Of a stretch of 64,000 bases of DNA, positions 36,613 through 45,658 are shown in pieces. Both the position numbers and the translations under genes were made by a program. The notes beneath the pieces were generated by a model. The model was not told the DNA's origin, searched no databases, and worked only from the letters and a program-made list of their open reading frames with translations. Location: the sequence record MW845759.1, one strand, 5' to 3'. Numbering within the stretch: the first letter of the stretch is position 1; the number at the start of each line of letters is the position of its first letter.

Positions 36613-37053
36613 ATGTTAAGAAGCGTATATTTGGAAGACCAGTTAATGGCACACGGCGCACAAGGTCATCAGGTTGATGACTTCCTGAAGAAAGCCCACA
36701 TCATTTATCGTAAGAATAAGCGTAAACAGTCCGCTGCTACTCACGTGAACTGCGAATGGCAGTGGGATGTTAAAATCGGCCACGGGAAGAATACCATCGC
36801 TTACCGTTTACTGGACATCGGCGTGCTGTTACGCGGCACCACTATCGTCATGTCTCGAGATGCCACCTTCGATTCATTCGATGCGATTCAGTTAGTGATT
36901 CGCAATACCACCTTGCGCGACGTTGACCAGCTGAATATTTACCCACCGCGTTATGACGCCAAGCGTAAACAGTATTACATTCGTGTTTCGGCAAGACCGA
37001 ACTCTTTCGTTTATAAAAGCGGCGCTCGTTTGTACTTGCGGTTCAGCAAATAA
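36613..37053 (+). CDS. hypothetical protein, 146 aa
   Basis: GGAG RBS; hairpin at 37063-37086 downstream. Confidence 0.7.
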   Translation: MLRSVYLEDQLMAHGAQGHQVDDFLKKAHIIYRKNKRKQSAATHVNCEWQWDVKIGHGKNTIAYRLLDIGVLLRGTTIVMSRDATFDSFDAIQLVIRNTTLRDVDQLNIYPPRYDAKRKQYYIRVSARPNSFVYKSGARLYLRFSK

Positions 37054-37114
37054 AAAATACATTAGTGCGCAAACTTATGCGCACTAAACACTTTATTTTT
37101 TTGTGGAGTAACTC

Positions 37115-37537
37115 ATGAATATCGAACAGTTTGTCGTTCGTGCCCGTCAGGCCGATAATAACGAACCGAATAAAACCACGGCCCGAAAACTGGCGTTAGA
37201 ATTTGCAGCTCACGTTAACTTTATTACCACGACCGATTACAGTCGTACTCGTGCGACTGAACACGCAGAAGCTGCCCTGCGCATCGCTATCATGCTCGGC
37301 ATTCGTTTAGGACTGACGGATGACGATTTAGAGCATGGGTTGTACAACCCGGTTACCGGTGACGTCGTGCTCGTGCAAGCAGGATTCAGTAGCGTCGCCG
37401 CCGCCCTCGACGCTGTGGTGGGGCATCAAGAGCCGTTGCGTTGTTGGCTACATGCCATCGGCGCTTTCAAAGCAGTATTGGCTATTCGTAATATCGACTT
37501 CAATAAGACGCTGACCGACTTTCTTATTCCCGCTTAA
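37115..37537 (+). CDS. hypothetical protein, 140 aa
   Basis: GGAG RBS. Confidence 0.75.
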   Translation: MNIEQFVVRARQADNNEPNKTTARKLALEFAAHVNFITTTDYSRTRATEHAEAALRIAIMLGIRLGLTDDDLEHGLYNPVTGDVVLVQAGFSSVAAALDAVVGHQEPLRCWLHAIGAFKAVLAIRNIDFNKTLTDFLIPA

Positions 37538-37546
37538 GGAGCAATC

Positions 37547-38587
37547 ATGAAACAGTATCAAGATTTAATGGCTCGCGTAATGAGCGAAGGTGTACCGAAG
37601 AAAGACCGTACAGGTACAGGCACACTTTCTATCTTTGGGCATCAGATGCGTTTCAACCTGCAAGAAGGTTTCCCACTGGTGACCACGAAGCGTTGCCACT
37701 TGCGCTCGATTATCCATGAACTGCTCTGGTTCCTGCAGGGTGATACCAACACCAAATACTTAGAAGATAATGGTGTCACTATTTGGCGAGAGTGGGCTGA
37801 CGAAAATGGTAACCTTGGCCCGGTCTACGGAAAGCAGTGGCGTGCATGGCCGCATCACAAAGTTATTGTAGCGGATGATAAAGAAGGGTTGAGTAAAGCA
37901 ACCTCGAAAGGAGGTGAATGGGTTGCGGGTGGTGACGATTTAATGAACGGGTCTGCCACGCCGTATGTGTACCGTTTTGAAACTGACCAGATTGCTAAAG
38001 TCATGGACCAGTTAAAGAACGACCCGGATAACCGCCGTATCATTGTTAGTGCATGGAACGTAGCTGACCTTGACGATATGGCCTTAGCGCCGTGCCACGC
38101 GTTCTTCCAGTTTTATACCCGTGAGTTGGATTTTGATGAGCGCTTGCGTTGGTTAGAAGTAAATAACTTCACGCAATATTGCAAACCGACATTTAGCAAT
38201 GACTCCGTAGATGATCTGGATAAACTTCACTCTCGACTCGACGAGTTTGATGTTCCACGTCGTTCATTATCCTGTCAGCTCTATCAGCGTAGTGCCGATG
38301 TGTTCTTAGGCGTACCGTTCAACATCGCATCTTACGCATTACTGATTCACATGTTTGCACAGCAAGCGAATATGGCAGTCGGTGACTTCGTTTGGACTGG
38401 CGGCGATGTGCATCTGTACTCCAACCATCTCGAACAGGCGCGCACTCAGTTAGGCCGTAGTCCTCGTCCGCTGCCTAAGTTGATTATCAAACGTAAGCCG
38501 GACTCTATCTTCGATTATAAGTTCGAAGACTTCGAGATTGAAGATTACGACCCGTATCCCGCAATCAAAGCGCCGGTCGCGATATGA
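37547..38587 (+). CDS. thyA: thymidylate synthase with two insertions
   Basis: [49 protein letters not shown] and IKAPVAI C-terminus. Confidence 0.97.
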   Translation: MKQYQDLMARVMSEGVPKKDRTGTGTLSIFGHQMRFNLQEGFPLVTTKRCHLRSIIHELLWFLQGDTNTKYLEDNGVTIWREWADENGNLGPVYGKQWRAWPHHKVIVADDKEGLSKATSKGGEWVAGGDDLMNGSATPYVYRFETDQIAKVMDQLKNDPDNRRIIVSAWNVADLDDMALAPCHAFFQFYTRELDFDERLRWLEVNNFTQYCKPTFSNDSVDDLDKLHSRLDEFDVPRRSLSCQLYQRSADVFLGVPFNIASYALLIHMFAQQANMAVGDFVWTGGDVHLYSNHLEQARTQLGRSPRPLPKLIIKRKPDSIFDYKFEDFEIEDYDPYPAIKAPVAI

Positions 38588-38847
38588 GAAAGAAAAAGCC
38601 GCCAGTTGAGCGCACCAATCTCACAGTACGTTTGGCAAAAAAAGCCGACATGTCAAAAAGCGAGATTTTTTCAGCGGAGCAGTGGGAAGAGTTAAAAAAG
38701 CTTCGTCCGGATATTCCGGGTTCTATTTTAGTGCAGCATGCCCTCCTTCATTACGCAAAAACGTTACCGTCACTGCTGATTGAAGAACACGAAAAAGAGC
38801 TGGAAAGACTGCATCAGGTTAAATATAAACTGACTAATCTGGAGTAA
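38584..38847 (+). CDS. hypothetical protein, 87 aa
   Basis: Start overlaps the thyA stop (ATGA). Confidence 0.7.
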   Translation: MRKKKPPVERTNLTVRLAKKADMSKSEIFSAEQWEELKKLRPDIPGSILVQHALLHYAKTLPSLLIEEHEKELERLHQVKYKLTNLE

Positions 38848-38849
38848 CG

Positions 38850-39029
38850 ATGGCTAGTGATAGACCGCCGCAAGAGATTCTAAATGAAATCCTTGCAGAT
38901 TATAATGAGCGCGGACTTGAGCAAATCACATTGCACAGCACAGGCGAGTTTATTCACGTCTCTGCTGTCGATGTGAAGCGTAAGCGTGTCATTAATACTC
39001 ACGCCCGAACGGAGCCTAAACGCCGATGA
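38850..39029 (+). CDS. small hypothetical protein, 59 aa (not in ORF track)
   Basis: GGAG RBS; MASDRPPQEILNEILADYNERG...; stop overlaps the next ATG. Confidence 0.6.
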   Translation: MASDRPPQEILNEILADYNERGLEQITLHSTGEFIHVSAVDVKRKRVINTHARTEPKRR

Positions 39030-39742
39030 AGCGCATTCCGCAGATGGACCATAATGGTAAGTTATATTACCCGATTACCCTGATTGACAGTGACGGGTAT
39101 TTCGTCATCAACCGCATCAATTACCGTTTGGACTTAAAACGGCTGAAAGAATTTCCCACGTTTCGTCGCAGGTCACTGCGGGTAGAGCGCGACCACCCTA
39201 CAGGTGGTTTGATTAACGAGCATCGTTTCAAATGTATCGAAATCGAACGTGTCGTTGGTAACTTGGATAACCTCACCATAGTTGGCGATAGTAACCGCGC
39301 GTTCACGGTTAAGGCAGATTTCTACCCGAATCCTAAGATGTCCCCAACAGACCTGCGGATGTTTGAAGAAGGTCAGACTGACTTAGCGGTGCGGGCTATT
39401 GTTGACGCTGCGGGTAATATCGATGAAATCATTACATGGGATTTACTTCCTGTAGGGGAACCGATATTTCCGCCGCGAGTAGGTGAACGTCCTCCGATTG
39501 ACAAAGTCGTCTTCGTTAGTTCGAATAAAGGATTTACGTGGTTCCCCGCGAAGTTTCTCTGGGTAGGTGAAAAAACATTTGTGTGGCGTAATATGTTACC
39601 GGGTGCCGCAGCCGACGGTGAAAACACAAATAACAATCACCACACGTATTTCCTTTGGGCCGAGGCTATCCCTGAACTCGAATTGAAAACGTATTCCGGT
39701 AAAGACCGACCGGATTATTTGCTTAGCAGGAGCGTTAAATAA
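39026..39742 (+). CDS. hypothetical protein, 238 aa
   Basis: Translationally coupled ORF. Confidence 0.75.
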   Translation: MKRIPQMDHNGKLYYPITLIDSDGYFVINRINYRLDLKRLKEFPTFRRRSLRVERDHPTGGLINEHRFKCIEIERVVGNLDNLTIVGDSNRAFTVKADFYPNPKMSPTDLRMFEEGQTDLAVRAIVDAAGNIDEIITWDLLPVGEPIFPPRVGERPPIDKVVFVSSNKGFTWFPAKFLWVGEKTFVWRNMLPGAAADGENTNNNHHTYFLWAEAIPELELKTYSGKDRPDYLLSRSVK

Positions 39743-40230
39743 TGCTAATTAAAGAACTCGATGACCGTATCAACTTTATCGACAAGAACGATAACTTTGT
39801 TGGTATCGAGCATCAGAAACAGCACCACGGTCTGTGTACGTTCGACTGGTGGTTCACCGATGATGAACGCGAGATTGGTACGCTGAAACCACGCGAAGAC
39901 CGTCTCATGCTTCGCGACGGTAGTACGGTTGATGTTAACGAGTTGGTATTCGATACTCGCTCGGATATCTTCCAAGGTAAACTGGTGCTGAAAGGCGTCA
40001 GTAACAAAAACCCGATGATGGGTGAACGTGAAGAGCTTGAAACCAAGCACTACATCATTGCCGTTAAGGTGCGTGACCAGTACGATATTGAGCACTGGCT
40101 GGTCATGACCAACAACCATAACGGTTGGTACAGTCTCGGCTGGAAATCCAATCTGATTCCGGGTGATGTTAACATTGACGACAGCAACTTCTATCAGGAA
40201 GATTGCGACGGTAATACGTTGGGGATTTAA
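39742..40230 (+). CDS. hypothetical protein, 162 aa
   Basis: TAATG coupling with the upstream gene. Confidence 0.75.
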   Translation: MLIKELDDRINFIDKNDNFVGIEHQKQHHGLCTFDWWFTDDEREIGTLKPREDRLMLRDGSTVDVNELVFDTRSDIFQGKLVLKGVSNKNPMMGEREELETKHYIIAVKVRDQYDIEHWLVMTNNHNGWYSLGWKSNLIPGDVNIDDSNFYQEDCDGNTLGI

Positions 40231-40764
40231 ATGAGTGATAAAATTGTACCGTTTGCCCCACGTCCTGCGAACGGGGCAGTAGCAGACAAACCAGCAGTCG
40301 AAGGTGATGGGGTAGTGGCCGAGTTTAAAGACTACGACACTGGCCGTATTGAGGTGCCTCAACCTGACGGGTCAACCAAGTCGATTATCTTCAGTATCGA
40401 TATGGTCGATTGGTGGATGGCGTTGTCTGAGCGGTTCATCGCTACCATGCCTGAAGGCCCGTACGGACGAGCCTTCGTTGGTTTGAACAAACTCGAGCAT
40501 GCTTGCACGGATGTCTTTACGAACCGTAAGCGGCATCTCGAAATGGAAATCACCCGCCAGCAGTTTGAACAGTTCGTTCAGGCGGTGCCGTGTCAACTGA
40601 TGGAAACAGAACACCGTACCTGTCAGTTGAGTGTGGCCGAGTTTGCGGTTAAGTACGCAGAAGACACCGTCTGCGCTAAAAACATTCCGGCAGACCTCGT
40701 GTCAGCCATTTTCCTCTATCAAGTGGATGGGGAACGTTTTCGTATCCACTACGTCGAACAGTAA
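40231..40764 (+). CDS. hypothetical protein, 177 aa
   Basis: Abuts the upstream stop. Confidence 0.75.
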   Translation: MSDKIVPFAPRPANGAVADKPAVEGDGVVAEFKDYDTGRIEVPQPDGSTKSIIFSIDMVDWWMALSERFIATMPEGPYGRAFVGLNKLEHACTDVFTNRKRHLEMEITRQQFEQFVQAVPCQLMETEHRTCQLSVAEFAVKYAEDTVCAKNIPADLVSAIFLYQVDGERFRIHYVEQ

Positions 40765-40773
40765 GGGTTTATA

Positions 40774-41022
40774 ATGTCAGAACTGAATGCACAACAAGCA
40801 GTCGATGGTATCAAGCAAGATATCATTAAGTCTTACGAAGGTCGCGCCACGTCCCTGACCGGTGACCCAGTTGATTTAGGTCGTGGCCAAACGACGCAGT
40901 TCCAACATGCAGACGACTCCGGTTTCTCTATTCCGGGTCTTGACCCTGATGCTGTTGCGCCGGACGGAGTTGACGCCGGTGCAGACGATGAAGGCTGCGA
41001 GGGCGGCGCATGCAAGATTTAA
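40774..41022 (+). CDS. 82-aa acidic protein ending in an NrdA-like redox tail (DDEGCEGGACKI)
   Basis: AAGGG RBS; C-terminus resembles the E. coli RNR alpha C-terminus (DDGCESGACKI). Confidence 0.75.
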   Translation: MSELNAQQAVDGIKQDIIKSYEGRATSLTGDPVDLGRGQTTQFQHADDSGFSIPGLDPDAVAPDGVDAGADDEGCEGGACKI

Positions 41023-41486
41023 AAGCGCATCAACTAACGGCTCAACACTTCGCGGAAAAACTGGGTATGGTATACCGGCCAGATATTAGCCAAGGTACGA
41101 CTTATTATAACCATAACCGTGAACCTATTCCGTTCGAAGAGGCCCGTAAACTGTCTCCACTGTGCTGGCAGCATGTAAGTGATAGCGTGTTTACCCAGCG
41201 CCGTATCGTGTGTGCTGCTTTACGCTTCCCAGAACTGGATTTAATTATTCCCGGCGCCCGTCACTACAGTGCGGATATCCACGCACTGATGGACCGTTTA
41301 CAAGCGTTAGGTGCATTACCGCCTAAGAAGCAGCAAGCGGTTGGCGATAACCAAGGTTTCCTCGACAACTTTGGCGGCTACTGGAACCGCGAAGATGCGC
41401 TGTTGATTGCCCGTTCTGCTCATCAGTTAGATGGTAAAGAGAAATGTGGTAGTGAGCGCGAACTCTTTTCTGAAGACCTGTATTAA
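41010..41486 (+). CDS. conserved phage hypothetical protein
   Basis: IVCAA..GARH..QGFLDNFG.YWNREDA pattern recalled from a widespread phage family. Confidence 0.7.
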   Translation: MQDLKAHQLTAQHFAEKLGMVYRPDISQGTTYYNHNREPIPFEEARKLSPLCWQHVSDSVFTQRRIVCAALRFPELDLIIPGARHYSADIHALMDRLQALGALPPKKQQAVGDNQGFLDNFGGYWNREDALLIARSAHQLDGKEKCGSERELFSEDLY

Positions 41487-41492
41487 TCTCTC

Positions 41493-41512
41493 CCCCGCTT
41501 CGGCGGGGTTTT
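41493..41512 (+). terminator. intrinsic terminator (UUCG loop)
   Basis: ccccgc-ttcg-gcgggg-tttt. Confidence 0.75.
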
Positions 41513-41520
41513 ACTTATAA

Positions 41521-42420
41521 ATGGAAATAACGAAAATGACCCGTCAAACGTTTCAAGTGCCCGTAGCGTATACCATCATCAAACCGACCGATGGCGTAAT
41601 GGGCGATCTTATCCCTTCCATCAACAAATGGTCAGCGCAGAAGACCGCACATCTTGCAGGACCCGGCGTAAAACTGGAAGCGCTGAAAGAGATCGCCATT
41701 AACAACGAAACTAAACAATGGCGCATTACTGGTCGCGAAGCTATTAACGGCGACGTGTGGTTCTGGATGCCGCCGACGGCGTTGGTGTTTGACCATGAAG
41801 TCGTGGGTCAGACTACCTACCCGCGCGATGTCCCACTGTTCACCATTGCAGAGTGCGTCGATAACGTAGTTGGCTGGTCTACCGCACGCGGCATTCTGGA
41901 AAACGGACGCTGGGCTACACAGGTCACCAAGTTCTATGAAGAAGACGGTGAGGCAGCAACCGGTATCAGCAAAACCAAACGTCAGTACATCATGGACGGC
42001 ATTGGTGACGCGCTGGTTGTGATGGTAAACGTCATCAGTCTGGCGGGCGGTAATGCGAAAGCGATCGCGCTGGAAGTAGAACGTCTGCCTGAGCGCCTGC
42101 TGCCGTATCCGTCCGGTGATGCTCACCGCCTGTTCCACAAAATGCGTCTGTACTCAACCCTGATGCACGAAGCACTGTACATCGGTTGTGACCTGCTCGG
42201 TCAACACGACGGTAAAGGCTATCAGCTGGACACCCGTCAGGATGACATCTACCGCGAGTTTGAGAAAAACATGCGTGAAGCCATCTGCTATGCAAATGCA
42301 CTGGCTAATGCGTACGACATGACGCTGGAGCAATGCTTCTCGCTGGCGTGGGACGAAATCAAAGACCGTAAAGGTTTTCTGAACGCTGACGGTATCTTCA
42401 TCAAAGAAGCCGATGCGTAA
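41521..42420 (+). CDS. MazG-like nucleotide pyrophosphohydrolase with extra N-terminal domain
   Basis: KFYEEDGE, MDGIGDALVV and LEQCFSLAWDEIKDRKG (all-alpha NTP-PPase motifs). Confidence 0.75.
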   Translation: MEITKMTRQTFQVPVAYTIIKPTDGVMGDLIPSINKWSAQKTAHLAGPGVKLEALKEIAINNETKQWRITGREAINGDVWFWMPPTALVFDHEVVGQTTYPRDVPLFTIAECVDNVVGWSTARGILENGRWATQVTKFYEEDGEAATGISKTKRQYIMDGIGDALVVMVNVISLAGGNAKAIALEVERLPERLLPYPSGDAHRLFHKMRLYSTLMHEALYIGCDLLGQHDGKGYQLDTRQDDIYREFEKNMREAICYANALANAYDMTLEQCFSLAWDEIKDRKGFLNADGIFIKEADA

Positions 42421-42486
42421 AAAACAACAATAACAACTGGGCGATGCGTTATGTGTCGCCCCTTTTATTTTTTTGAGGATTCAACG

Positions 42487-43935
42487 ATGAATATCATCAT
42501 GGAGTGGTATAACCTCCTGACCGACTCGATGAAAGCATACCCTGCCCTACAAGCAGCTTTCTTAACGGTGATGTCGGGTGGTGTAATGGCAGCAGTGGGG
42601 TTTGCTTTAGTGCGCCTACCTCGCTCAGTCGCCACCTTCTTTCGTAATCAGTGCCTCACCTCTTTAGTCTTCAACACAGCGTCTTCCGGTTGGTCGGACT
42701 ACAACCAGATGCAATACGTGGCCTTCATTAAGTGGTTCTCGAAGAATCGCTGGTTTGGCTGGTCGCGTACTATTACTTTTGATTCAGATGGTCGCAAAGA
42801 TGGCGATGGGGTCGGGCCGGGTTTAGGTCGCCACTTCTTCTTCCATAACTGGCGTCTGTTTATCTTTGCCATTCACGAGATGGACTCGCAGGGCACGAAC
42901 AGCCAGAAATATAAAGTTAGCCTGTCTTGTGTGGGCCGCTCGAAGAAACCGATTTACGCGGTAATGGAAGAGTTCATGGTCAAACCTGACCGTGAGAACC
43001 GTATCGGGGTTTACCGGAACGGTACGGATGGGTGGAACTGGGTCACCTACGCGAACAAACGTTCTCTGCGCTCGGTGATTATGTCACCGGAGCTGGAAGA
43101 AGATTTAGTCGGTTCCATGACGAACTTCATTAATAACGAAGCGTGGTATCGTGAACGCGGCCTGAACTACAAACTGACCTATCTGCTCTACGGTCCTCCG
43201 GGCACCGGTAAAAGCTCACTGGGTCGTGCGCTGGCTTCCCACTTTAACCGTGACCTGTATATCCTCAGTCTGTCCGAGTCCTCAGACCTGCTCACTTTGT
43301 TGCAAAACGCCAAAGGTGGAATGGTGCTGATTGAAGATATCGACGGATTCAGTGCGGCGCGTAAACGTTCCTCGAAGAAGAACCAAGTCGAGTCTTTGAA
43401 CTCTCCGAAGTCATCTGTACAACCGATGAAATTCGACGGTAATGGCGAACAGATTGCAGAGTCTCAGTCGCCGTCTAAGAACCTCGAAGACATCATGGCT
43501 GAATGGGGTGGGATGAACACGTCAGCGCTGCTGAATGCGTTAGACGGCGTTGTAGGGTTGGATGACGTGATTATCCTCCTGTCAACTAACCATCCGGAGA
43601 AACTCGACCCTGCTCTCATTCGTGACGGTCGTGTGGACATCCGTGTGGAAGTTGGTTTCCTGCGTTCTGCTGAGATTCGCCGCTACATTAATCTGTTCTT
43701 CCCAGACTACGTAATCCCCGAAGGGATGACCTTTGCCGATATGCCGGGTTGTACAGTTCAGCGTCACTTCATGGAGAACAAAAACAACCCTGAAGGTTTT
43801 GTGCAGGCGTTGTTGGATGCATCAGACGGCGGTAATTTCACGACCAGTCCGATTCGCCCAGAACTTGCTTTCAGTGAAGCAAACAACCGTTATCTGGTCG
43901 ACCCGGCTGCGCCTAAGGAGGCCGTCAATGCTTAA
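42487..43935 (+). CDS. BCS1-like membrane-anchored AAA+ ATPase
   Basis: N-terminal TM; GPGLGRHFFF; WYRERGLNYKLTYLLYGPPGTGKSS; LIEDID; LLNALDG; TNHPEKLDPALIRDGRVD. Confidence 0.85.
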   Translation: MNIIMEWYNLLTDSMKAYPALQAAFLTVMSGGVMAAVGFALVRLPRSVATFFRNQCLTSLVFNTASSGWSDYNQMQYVAFIKWFSKNRWFGWSRTITFDSDGRKDGDGVGPGLGRHFFFHNWRLFIFAIHEMDSQGTNSQKYKVSLSCVGRSKKPIYAVMEEFMVKPDRENRIGVYRNGTDGWNWVTYANKRSLRSVIMSPELEEDLVGSMTNFINNEAWYRERGLNYKLTYLLYGPPGTGKSSLGRALASHFNRDLYILSLSESSDLLTLLQNAKGGMVLIEDIDGFSAARKRSSKKNQVESLNSPKSSVQPMKFDGNGEQIAESQSPSKNLEDIMAEWGGMNTSALLNALDGVVGLDDVIILLSTNHPEKLDPALIRDGRVDIRVEVGFLRSAEIRRYINLFFPDYVIPEGMTFADMPGCTVQRHFMENKNNPEGFVQALLDASDGGNFTTSPIRPELAFSEANNRYLVDPAAPKEAVNA

Positions 43936-44152
43936 ATACTTAAGCTGGGCTTTGCTTGAACTCTTCATGTTTGTATTGGTGGGTGCCGGTATGGTTCTGT
44001 CGATTCTACCGGCGCTTTGTTTCATGATTGGGTTCGCTGGTCAAGAGCGTGCTGAGTTCGAACGTGTTAAGCTGCGCTCTGAATTAGGCATCCGCTGGCG
44101 CGAGCGTAATCGGGCAGCTGCACAACGGGAGTGTGGTAAACGTCCGAATTAA
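43928..44152 (+). CDS. small membrane protein, 74 aa
   Basis: AAGGAGG RBS inside the AAA gene; long hydrophobic N-half and basic C-half. Confidence 0.7.
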   Translation: MLKYLSWALLELFMFVLVGAGMVLSILPALCFMIGFAGQERAEFERVKLRSELGIRWRERNRAAAQRECGKRPN

Positions 44153-44200
44153 GCCTACCTTATGAGGCCACAACCGTGGTGCCTATTAGAGGAATCTCCA

Positions 44201-44689
44201 ATGGATAATATCGACTTGACTCAACTCGAGTCACACGACTACGACCTCGGAGTTCGACATGAGTCTGGTGCGACGGCAGATGTGTTGCTGGCGCGTTACC
44301 ATGAACTCTTTACTGGTACCGACGGTGGTGACCAAGTATTGACGAACTTCGAAAAGTTGTTAATTGCACTGGTTCGCAGCGACGGTGAAAACTCCGCTAT
44401 GCTGACCGAGCTGGGCTTTGGTGACATCTACGCATCAGACCTTCAGGCAATCCTGCAGCAGTCCATCGTCCCCACTGATGAGATTCAGGATAAGGCAATG
44501 ATGTTGCGTGGGCAGCTCGAAGAGTTGGCTGATGAGTATGTTGAGCATCTCAGCGGGTTAAACACCCACGGCCCACGTGGGGAACAACTACCCAGTGAAG
44601 AACAGACTGCCGCGTACAAACGCCGCTTAGCGCTGTACGTTGTGGCCTCTTTGCTGACGGCCATTCCTGAAGACAAGGATGATGCGTAA
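44201..44689 (+). CDS. hypothetical acidic protein
   Basis: GAGGA RBS before ATG 44201. Confidence 0.75.
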   Translation: MDNIDLTQLESHDYDLGVRHESGATADVLLARYHELFTGTDGGDQVLTNFEKLLIALVRSDGENSAMLTELGFGDIYASDLQAILQQSIVPTDEIQDKAMMLRGQLEELADEYVEHLSGLNTHGPRGEQLPSEEQTAAYKRRLALYVVASLLTAIPEDKDDA

Positions 44690-44720
44690 AATTTTTACAG
44701 ATAGATATTATCTGTATGAA
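44687..44720 (+). promoter_or_regulatory. putative early promoter
   Basis: aaaatttttacagatagatattatctgtatgaa matches the early motif family. Confidence 0.6.
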
Positions 44721-44755
44721 CCAAACACATAAACCTTTTAAATGGAGTATTTCAG

Positions 44756-45088
44756 ATGCAAGAACTGATTAAGATTGTTGGCCTGCTTCCGGTTAAAGAT
44801 GGTAAATCTGAACTGCGCGTTCTGGCAGTGAAAGGTAGTGAGTTTACTATTGCTGCTGACCCGAAAGGGGAAGTGGGTGGGCTGACCGGTATTCGTGAGT
44901 TTACCATCGAATCGCCAACTCTGAAAAAGCTGGGTATTAAGGCCAACGAATCTGCGTATCTGGTTGCAGACGAATCGGCTATCGATAACGCCTACGATCT
45001 CGAATACACTGCGCCGGCTAAAAAGGTTGCATCTGAATCTGTCGGTAAAGGCCGCGGTGCGACCCCGAACTTCAGCATTCAGCGCTAA
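44756..45088 (+). CDS. hypothetical early protein, 110 aa
   Basis: GGAG RBS; monocistronic between a promoter and a terminator; biased codons. Confidence 0.8.
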   Translation: MQELIKIVGLLPVKDGKSELRVLAVKGSEFTIAADPKGEVGGLTGIREFTIESPTLKKLGIKANESAYLVADESAIDNAYDLEYTAPAKKVASESVGKGRGATPNFSIQR

Positions 45089-45096
45089 GCAGTAAA

Positions 45097-45136
45097 TAGG
45101 TAGTCCTTCGGGGCTACCTAGCTCTTTATTATTTTT
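45097..45136 (+). terminator. intrinsic terminator (UUCG loop)
   Basis: taggtagtcc-ttcg-gggctaccta plus T tract. Confidence 0.8.
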
Positions 45137-45152
45137 TCGTGGAGTATTCAGA

Positions 45153-45656
45153 ATGACAACGGTATTCGTTTGTAATGACTTTATCGTCGCTGACCGTGTG
45201 TTGACTCGGGGCGATGAAACCATTCACACCGACTTTCAAAAGCTACATGTGAATCGGGACAAAACTATTGCGATTGCTGTCGTGGGTAACGTGAACTTCC
45301 GTAACCACCACAAGACGGCTGCCGACCATTTCTTTAAGGTGGTAGAGCAACGCTACATCGGTATCCCCGAACCAATGCTGTCTAAGAATGATGTCGCGGT
45401 ATTGGGTGACCTGCAACTCTATGTGCTTACCGCGCTGGATGTGTTCGTCATTACCCGTGACCAGAACGTACAGTGGGTCGCAGACGGTCAGGTCGAAGGT
45501 GCTGGTACCGGCTTCCCGTTAGCGTGCGCCGCTTACTCATTAGGCGCAAAGCCCGAGCACATCATCCCCTTAACGGCGAAGATTGACCCGATGTCTTCCC
45601 GGATGTTTAATATCGTGTACCGTAGTGAACTCAAACGTATTGCACTGAGGAAGTAA
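45153..45656 (+). CDS. HslV-like Ntn-hydrolase peptidase
   Basis: MTT N-terminus, VADR, QKL, AVVG and GAGTG (GSG-like) motifs. Confidence 0.65.
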   Translation: MTTVFVCNDFIVADRVLTRGDETIHTDFQKLHVNRDKTIAIAVVGNVNFRNHHKTAADHFFKVVEQRYIGIPEPMLSKNDVAVLGDLQLYVLTALDVFVITRDQNVQWVADGQVEGAGTGFPLACAAYSLGAKPEHIIPLTAKIDPMSSRMFNIVYRSELKRIALRK

Positions 45657-45658
45657 CC

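Noticed and set aside
37547-38587. Intron, intein or dCMP-hydroxymethylase interpretation of the long thyA
   Set aside because: The frame is continuous, the insertions are short and lack intein C/S...HN ends or homing-endonuclease motifs, and the PFN Asn that specifies dUMP is retained
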